Part shown: positions 6,858 to 11,703 of the stretch, one piece after another | Position numbering within the stretch: position 1 is the first letter of the stretch | How the letters are laid out: each line of letters opens with the position of its first letter | DNA from: Armatimonadia bacterium | GTDB lineage: Bacteria > Armatimonadota > Zipacnadia > Zipacnadales > UBA11051 | Direction: 5' to 3' | DNA length: 11,703 nucleotides | NCBI GenBank assembly: GCA_039683575.1 | Contig: JBDKRC010000015.1 | Span: 1-11,703 of the forward strand | Translations under genes and position numbers: made by a program | The notes under the pieces: model-generated | The model's database searches: none | Seen by the model: only the letters and a program-made list of their open reading frames with translations | What the model was told of the DNA's origin: nothing

Positions 6858-9125
6858 TTGACTGGCGAACGGCTTCGGCCATACTACTTTATTGCTGCCG
6901 GTGTAATCCTCCAGGGCCTATCGCCCGTCCTGACCAAGCTCCTGCTGAACGCCTCCCTCGCACCTGCCACCATCGTCGCAGTACGCTACCTGATCGCCGT
7001 GTTGGTGCTGCTGCCGTTTGGCTGGCGCCACCGCAATCCCACTGAGCATCTGCCGCCGCGACAGCGTGACTGGGTGGCCCTCTTCCTCGTCGGCGCCCTC
7101 GGCTCCGGCATCGCTTCGCTGCTCTTCGCGCAGGCCATCTTCCTCACCTCGGCTGGCGTAGCAACCGCCCTATCCAAGACCGCCCCCATCTTCGTGGCCT
7201 TCTTCGCCTACTTCACGCTCCGCGAGCGTGTCACCGCTTCACGCCTGGCCCTCGTGGGGCTGATGGTGGCCGCGGATGTGCTTATCGGTGCCGGTGAGAT
7301 GAGCGTGGGGCCCAGGGCCATGTCTCTACGCCTTACGGGCGACGGCCTCGCGCTTGGCGCGGGGATGCTGAGGGCCTTTGCGGAGATACTGAGCAAGGCT
7401 TCGCTGCGACGCTTCTACCCGTCCACGGTCGCAATGTGGCGGTTTGGCGTCGGCTTCCTGGTCACGGGCGTGATTGCACTCGGCGGCAAAGATCTACATG
7501 CGGTACTGCGGCTCAGCCTGGAGAACTGGGGCATCATGCTCGCTCTCGGGCTGCTGTGCACAAGTCTTTCCATGTCGCTGTACTATCGTGGCCTGCGAGA
7601 CATTCCGGCGCATGTAGGGGTTACCCTGCGCCTTTTGAGCGCGGTGGTGACTGTCGGCGCCTCGTGGTTGTGGATTGGGGAGAAGCTCAATGGCCTGCAT
7701 CTGGCGGGCATCGCCGTGCTCATGGCGGGGGCGTACCTGATCGTGGTGCGCACCACCAGGCAGCCCGCGCTGAGCCCGGTGCTCGAGGCGGTACGGCCGC
7801 CGCAACCATGGTCTCCCACCCGCACCCTCAAAGGCCGTGTGGCTCTCATGGTGGCCCTGATGATCGCCTTTTCGGTCTCAGCGACCACCGTGCTATCAGT
7901 GCGCCATGCCACCCAGGTGCTGCGGCACCAGATCCAGAACAACGGCGCGATGTTGGCCAGCAACATTCTCCAGCTGCAGGCCTTGGGCGCTGACCAGTCC
8001 CTCTTCCGTCAGTATCTCCACCGGCTCATGAATCTGCGCATTACCACCAGTGGTGAGGCGCAGACGGAGGGCCCCGGGCAGCATCCCCTGGGCATTATGT
8101 ACCTCATCGTTCAGGGGAAGTACGACGAAGTCCAAGCGTCAGCCATCGACCCCGACTTCATTGTCACCGATCGCGACGGGAACGTGCTACCGCCTCGTGG
8201 TATGCCTGCGGCGAGACGCATTTTGGAGATGGAGCAAGATGGAGAACTGCGCCGCCACGACGTATATCCGCTGGTGGCACCCCTGATTGGCGAGGACGGG
8301 AAGATCGGGACTGTGCGCATGGGCAGCAAGCGCAGCGTTATCTGGCACGACGTCCGAGCCATCACGCTTAGGAACTTGAGCCTGGCGGTGCTGCTGATCA
8401 CGCTGGGGGTGTTCGTTTCCTACTACCTGACCGACTATCTGGCTCGACCGCTGGAGCGCCTGAGCAGCATGGTGCGCCGGATCTCGAACGGTGAGCTCAA
8501 CGTGCCGGTGGTGGCTCTCGGCGGGACGGAAATCGAGAGCCTTGGCGCCTCGGTGGCCCGGATGGCCGAGGAATTGCGTCAGGGCCAGATGCTGCGGCAG
8601 TCACTCTCGCGGTGCATCTGCCCGTCCGGAGACACCGATGAACCCCTGGGCGCGGTGTGCCTGCTGGCCCGGCTGGGCGGCAGTACCAGAAAGGCGCAGG
8701 TGACGCAGTTCGATGCGCTCCTCGAAGCCGTAGCGCGCAATGAGGGCAGCGTCGGGGGGTTCGCTCCGGGATATGTGCTGGCCACTTTCGGCGGCGCCGA
8801 GCCGGAGCAGGATGACGTGCTGCGCGCGGTGGTGGCAGCGTTGGAATGGCGGGCCGTGTGGCGGGATGAGCCAGACCGCGCCCAGCCGCCGGCGGCGCTG
8901 ATAGGGCTGCGCGAAGAACCGGTGGCCGGTGGCGTGCGCCTCGAGGAAATGGCCGCCCAACTGCTCGTCGCACCTGAGACGGATGGCATGCCGATATACC
9001 TGAGCGCCGACGCGGCCGCGGCGGTCGCGGTGCATCTGGATACCCAGTCGCTCGAGGGATCAACGCTGCGCCTGGTGACAGAGCCAGAGGGCGAACTGGC
9101 GGCCGAGGACCTCGGCGAAACCTAA
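6858..9125 (+). CDS. EamA/DMT transporter fused to an extracytoplasmic sensor, HAMP and a degenerate class III nucleotide cyclase domain
   Basis: aa ~8-297: ten hydrophobic helices in two EamA repeats (AP.FVA.FA..TLRER; GD.LAL; G...T.L...LYY.GL; L.AVVTV..SWL..GEKL...LAG). aa ~328-348 TM, ~350-505 soluble domain, ~506-528 TM. HAMP RPLERL...VRRI.NGEL.V......EI..L......M. C-terminal cyclase-like segments VLATFGG...DDVLRAVVAAL and IYLS. Single uninterrupted ORF. Confidence 0.85.
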   Translation: MTGERLRPYYFIAAGVILQGLSPVLTKLLLNASLAPATIVAVRYLIAVLVLLPFGWRHRNPTEHLPPRQRDWVALFLVGALGSGIASLLFAQAIFLTSAGVATALSKTAPIFVAFFAYFTLRERVTASRLALVGLMVAADVLIGAGEMSVGPRAMSLRLTGDGLALGAGMLRAFAEILSKASLRRFYPSTVAMWRFGVGFLVTGVIALGGKDLHAVLRLSLENWGIMLALGLLCTSLSMSLYYRGLRDIPAHVGVTLRLLSAVVTVGASWLWIGEKLNGLHLAGIAVLMAGAYLIVVRTTRQPALSPVLEAVRPPQPWSPTRTLKGRVALMVALMIAFSVSATTVLSVRHATQVLRHQIQNNGAMLASNILQLQALGADQSLFRQYLHRLMNLRITTSGEAQTEGPGQHPLGIMYLIVQGKYDEVQASAIDPDFIVTDRDGNVLPPRGMPAARRILEMEQDGELRRHDVYPLVAPLIGEDGKIGTVRMGSKRSVIWHDVRAITLRNLSLAVLLITLGVFVSYYLTDYLARPLERLSSMVRRISNGELNVPVVALGGTEIESLGASVARMAEELRQGQMLRQSLSRCICPSGDTDEPLGAVCLLARLGGSTRKAQVTQFDALLEAVARNEGSVGGFAPGYVLATFGGAEPEQDDVLRAVVAALEWRAVWRDEPDRAQPPAALIGLREEPVAGGVRLEEMAAQLLVAPETDGMPIYLSADAAAAVAVHLDTQSLEGSTLRLVTEPEGELAAEDLGET

Positions 9126-9140
9126 GGCATCCCGGCAACG

Positions 9141-9159
9141 GCAGGCGCAGGCCGCCTGC
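9141..9159. other. GC-rich intergenic stem-loop without a U-tract
   Basis: GCAGGCG-CAGGC-CGCCTGC, 15 nt after the stop at 9125. Confidence 0.4.
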
Positions 9160-9195
9160 TCTGCCGCCAGGCTACAGTCTATAGGGGAGTGCGCC

Positions 9196-11493
9196 ATGAG
9201 CATTCGCTGCCAACTATTGGTCGTGAGCCTGCTGGTGGGGCTGGGAGTGGGGCACTGCGCCGACAGTGGCTGGCTCAACGTGCAGGACCTCGGGGCCTCC
9301 GGGTCGGAGTTCCAGACAAAGGCGAGCGTGACTGCCGGGTCAAGGGATGTAACGGTGGACGACGTTGGGGACTTCAGGGTGGGCCAGGGAGTCGCAATCG
9401 CCGGAGCCAACCCGCACTTCGAGCGACCGAGCTTGTGGGGGCCGGGAACCCAGTACATCGCCAAATCCGGTCTGCCCACCAAGTACATCGAGCTGCGCGG
9501 CTGGGACAACAACGGCAAAAGCTCCACGGTCTACATCATCGACTTCGACCGCAAAACCCCCACCTCATTTCGCTGGAGTGACGACATAGGCCGCACCTGG
9601 CAGCCAGCCCAGCAGGTGACTGGCGACTGGCAGACACTGCGGGGGACGCTGCAGGTCAAGGTTCTCCCCTACGAGTGGGAGAAGGGCTGGACGTTCACCT
9701 TCAGCGCCAAAGACTACCTCATCACCACCATTGAGAAGATTGAGGGCAAGACGTTGACCGTGCGCGATCCGGCGACCGCGACCACCGCCACCGCGCTGGT
9801 GAAGCACACCGATACGCAGGCCCTGCAGGCTGCCATTGACAGGGCGCTCAAGGAGAAGAGGAACCTCTTCCTCCCCGCCGGGCGCTATCGCCTCACGAGC
9901 GGGCTCCGCGTCGAGAACCCGACCGGCATCACCATCGAGGGCGCCAATGCCGGAACCACGATGCTCGATATCAGCGAGGGCACCGGATGCTGCGTGCAGT
10001 TCCGCGGCGGCACGGAGGGGACGGTACGCAACCTCAGCATGGTCGGCAGCGCGGGGTTTGCCGAGCGCGACCAGTGTGGGACCATCCGCATGCAGGGCAT
10101 CGGCTACATCTGGGGCCAGGACCTGCACACCACCTTCGCGACCGGTGTCGTCGGCACCGAACGCGTGCTGGTCGAAAATGTCCACGCAACCCGCATGTCG
10201 CTGGAGGCCTTCTGGTCCGGCGGCCCCGGCCGCGTGGGCACCAAAGAGCCGCCGCCACAATACACCCGCGCGCTCAACTACATCCGCTGCTCTGCGATCG
10301 ACTGCGGTCGCAACGGCTTCAACAACAACGATTACGCCGAGAACACCAGCATCCAGTACTGCCGCATCGTGGACGTGGGCGGTTGCGCGTGGGAGGGGGC
10401 GTCGCGGTTTGTGAAAATCGTGGGCAACTACGTCCGCAACGCCGGGACGGTCGCCGTCGGCAATATGAGCAACCGCTCCCCCGAGGTCGAGCAGCTTGGT
10501 TCGGCCCAGCACATAATCGAGGACAATGTCTTCGAAAGCAACGTCCCCTACGGAGGCTGCGCGATCCGTGCAGCGCACGGTGCGACGCAGGTAATCATCC
10601 GCAACAACCTCTTCATCAACTTCAATTCCTCGGCCATCGAGGTCTGGGGTCAGGGCGATGAGCGCCATCTCGGGAGCGGCATGGTCACTGTTGCCGGCAA
10701 TATCATGGATATGACATGCCTCGATCCCACCCCCAAGCAGCGCTGGGCCATCTACGCCAGCACTCCCGAGACCGTGATCGCGGATAACCAGATCTATGTG
10801 CGCGGGGCCGTGGACCCGCTGGTGACCGGGATCAAACTGATCGAGGGCCCGTCCGACCTGACAGTCCACGACAACCTGCTACGCAACCTGGGGCAGGGGC
10901 TGACGGTGGAGCGGGCAACGGCGCGAGTCGGCGAGGTGGTGGACGACCGCAGCTTCATCCAGAGCTCCGGCACGGTATCGCAGGAACGGCGTCAGTCACA
11001 CCGGTTCCAGGGCTGGAAGATCGTCTGGACAGCCGGAGGCAAGCCGCTCGGCGTGTCCACTATCGCCGAATTCGATCCGGAAAAGCGGGTATTTCGTCTG
11101 ACAGAGCCGAAGGCCATGAAGCCCGGCGATACCTTCGAAATCCAGCCTCCGTACGGCACGAACTGGAACCTCCATCACAATACCTTCGCCGGATGCCAGA
11201 TTCCGGTAGTGCTGGATGGCTACGGAAGCGCGACGTGCGCCTTCGACGACAACATACTGAGCCGTGAGGCAGCGACCGGCGTGAAGAGCGCAGTCGAGGT
11301 AAAGGGGCTGTTCGGCCTGAATGGCAACGTCTTCAGCGGCTTCGACGAGCCGGAAACGGTCGCAGTGATGCTCCATCCCGACCGGTTCGGCCAGCCCCTG
11401 CCGCTGCTAATGCGGGGGAACACGTACGAAGCCTGTACTGCTGCGGTGGGCGAGGCAACGCCGGGCCTGGCGAAAGCGGTAAGACAGCAGTAG
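9196..11493 (+). CDS. Secreted right-handed parallel beta-helix protein (pectate lyase 3/tailspike-like), probable polysaccharide-active protein
   Basis: SD GGGGAG 9184-9189, signal peptide, NVQDLGASG ... DTQALQAAID...LFLPAGRY...ITIEG cap motif, and many beta-helix rungs (IVGNYV, IIEDNVF, IIRNNLF, VAGNIM, IADNQI, VHDNLL, LHHNTF, LNGNVF). Confidence 0.88.
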   Translation: MSIRCQLLVVSLLVGLGVGHCADSGWLNVQDLGASGSEFQTKASVTAGSRDVTVDDVGDFRVGQGVAIAGANPHFERPSLWGPGTQYIAKSGLPTKYIELRGWDNNGKSSTVYIIDFDRKTPTSFRWSDDIGRTWQPAQQVTGDWQTLRGTLQVKVLPYEWEKGWTFTFSAKDYLITTIEKIEGKTLTVRDPATATTATALVKHTDTQALQAAIDRALKEKRNLFLPAGRYRLTSGLRVENPTGITIEGANAGTTMLDISEGTGCCVQFRGGTEGTVRNLSMVGSAGFAERDQCGTIRMQGIGYIWGQDLHTTFATGVVGTERVLVENVHATRMSLEAFWSGGPGRVGTKEPPPQYTRALNYIRCSAIDCGRNGFNNNDYAENTSIQYCRIVDVGGCAWEGASRFVKIVGNYVRNAGTVAVGNMSNRSPEVEQLGSAQHIIEDNVFESNVPYGGCAIRAAHGATQVIIRNNLFINFNSSAIEVWGQGDERHLGSGMVTVAGNIMDMTCLDPTPKQRWAIYASTPETVIADNQIYVRGAVDPLVTGIKLIEGPSDLTVHDNLLRNLGQGLTVERATARVGEVVDDRSFIQSSGTVSQERRQSHRFQGWKIVWTAGGKPLGVSTIAEFDPEKRVFRLTEPKAMKPGDTFEIQPPYGTNWNLHHNTFAGCQIPVVLDGYGSATCAFDDNILSREAATGVKSAVEVKGLFGLNGNVFSGFDEPETVAVMLHPDRFGQPLPLLMRGNTYEACTAAVGEATPGLAKAVRQQ

Positions 11494-11497
11494 TGCT

Positions 11498-11522
11498 GTA
11501 GGGCGGGGGCTCGTACCCCGCC
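11498..11522 (+). repeat. GTAG-type REP
   Basis: GTAG-GGCGGGG-GCTCGTA-CCCCGCC, 4 nt after the stop codon at 11493. Confidence 0.75.
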
Positions 11523-11547
11523 GGCCGTTATCCATGACTAACCACGC

Positions 11548-11566
11548 GTAGGGGCGGACCGTACCC
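11548..11566 (+). repeat. GTAG-type REP, apparently truncated by an IS end
   Basis: GTAGGGGCGGACCGTACCC directly followed by the IS terminal repeat at 11567. Confidence 0.6.
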
Positions 11567-11701
11567 CTACCCATTGCACACATCTATGTTCTTTGCAATC
11601 ATGACGCCTAGGACGATGTTGTGCAGTCTCTCCAGGCCAGCCCAGAGCACTTTGATACCGGGTTCGCCGTCGCCTTTGCGGCCCAGGAACCCGCCTAACT
11701 T
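11567..11701 (-). CDS. IS4/IS50-group transposase, 3' partial (dimerisation region)
   Basis: The minus strand reads KLGGFLGRKGDGEPGIKVLWAGLERLHNIVLGVMIAKNIDVCNG then stop (TAG = CTA at 11567-11569). LGGFLGRKGDGEPG..LW.GL..L is the characteristic C-terminal motif of Tn5-like transposases. Confidence 0.92.
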   Translation of the reverse strand, partial: KLGGFLGRKGDGEPGIKVLWAGLERLHNIVLGVMIAKNIDVCNG

Positions 11702-11703
11702 GC
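11567..11703 (-). mobile_element. End of an IS4-family (IS50/Tn5 group) insertion sequence, extending beyond the window
   Basis: Terminal 19-mer CTACCCATTGCACACATCT (11567-11585) matches the Tn5 mosaic end CTGTCTCTTATACACATCT at 13/19, and the transposase C-terminus runs into it. Confidence 0.88.

Noticed and set aside
6853-6890. TCGTTGACTGGCGAACGG resembles the 5' part of a ZTP riboswitch; TTGACT-N16-CATACT resembles a sigma70 promoter
   Set aside because: The downstream ZTP elements (GGTGG..CCAC.GGGGAGCG and CGCCTGGG) are absent. The segment overlaps an SD-supported start and precedes the first TM helix, so coding function explains it.
9141-9178. Hairpin as an intrinsic terminator; TACAGT (9173-9178) as a -10 box
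   Set aside because: No U-tract after the stem and no credible -35, so support is insufficient.
9565-10869. 434-aa minus-strand ORF and other overlapping alternative-frame ORFs
   Set aside because: Shadows of the well-supported beta-helix gene.

Overview
GC-rich bacterial window, genes almost all on the + strand. (1) 1-6760: the downstream part of a MoxR/Bat-type operon: 3' end of a DUF58 gene, a BatD-like/DUF4381-type membrane protein, batA and batB (VWA/MIDAS), batC (TPR plus Q-rich linker), batD and batE (TPR plus SH3b-like), mostly translationally coupled. The moxR ATPase gene is expected upstream, outside the window. (2) 6858-9125: an unusual 755-aa fusion of a complete two-repeat EamA/DMT transporter, a TM-extracytoplasmic sensor-TM module, a HAMP domain and a class III adenylate/guanylate cyclase-like domain that has lost its catalytic residues. 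This is a candidate transporter-receptor with a pseudoenzyme output and is the strongest novelty candidate. (3) 9196-11493: a secreted right-handed beta-helix (pectate lyase 3/tailspike-like) protein with nested inserted domains. (4) 11498-11703: GTAG-type REPs, the second abutted by the 19-bp Tn5-like end and the C-terminus of an IS50-group IS4 transposase on the - strand, which the ORF track missed. REP and REPIN palindromes also sit in frame at both ends of the 265-1431 gene. All family calls come from motifs recognised by eye; no database search was run.
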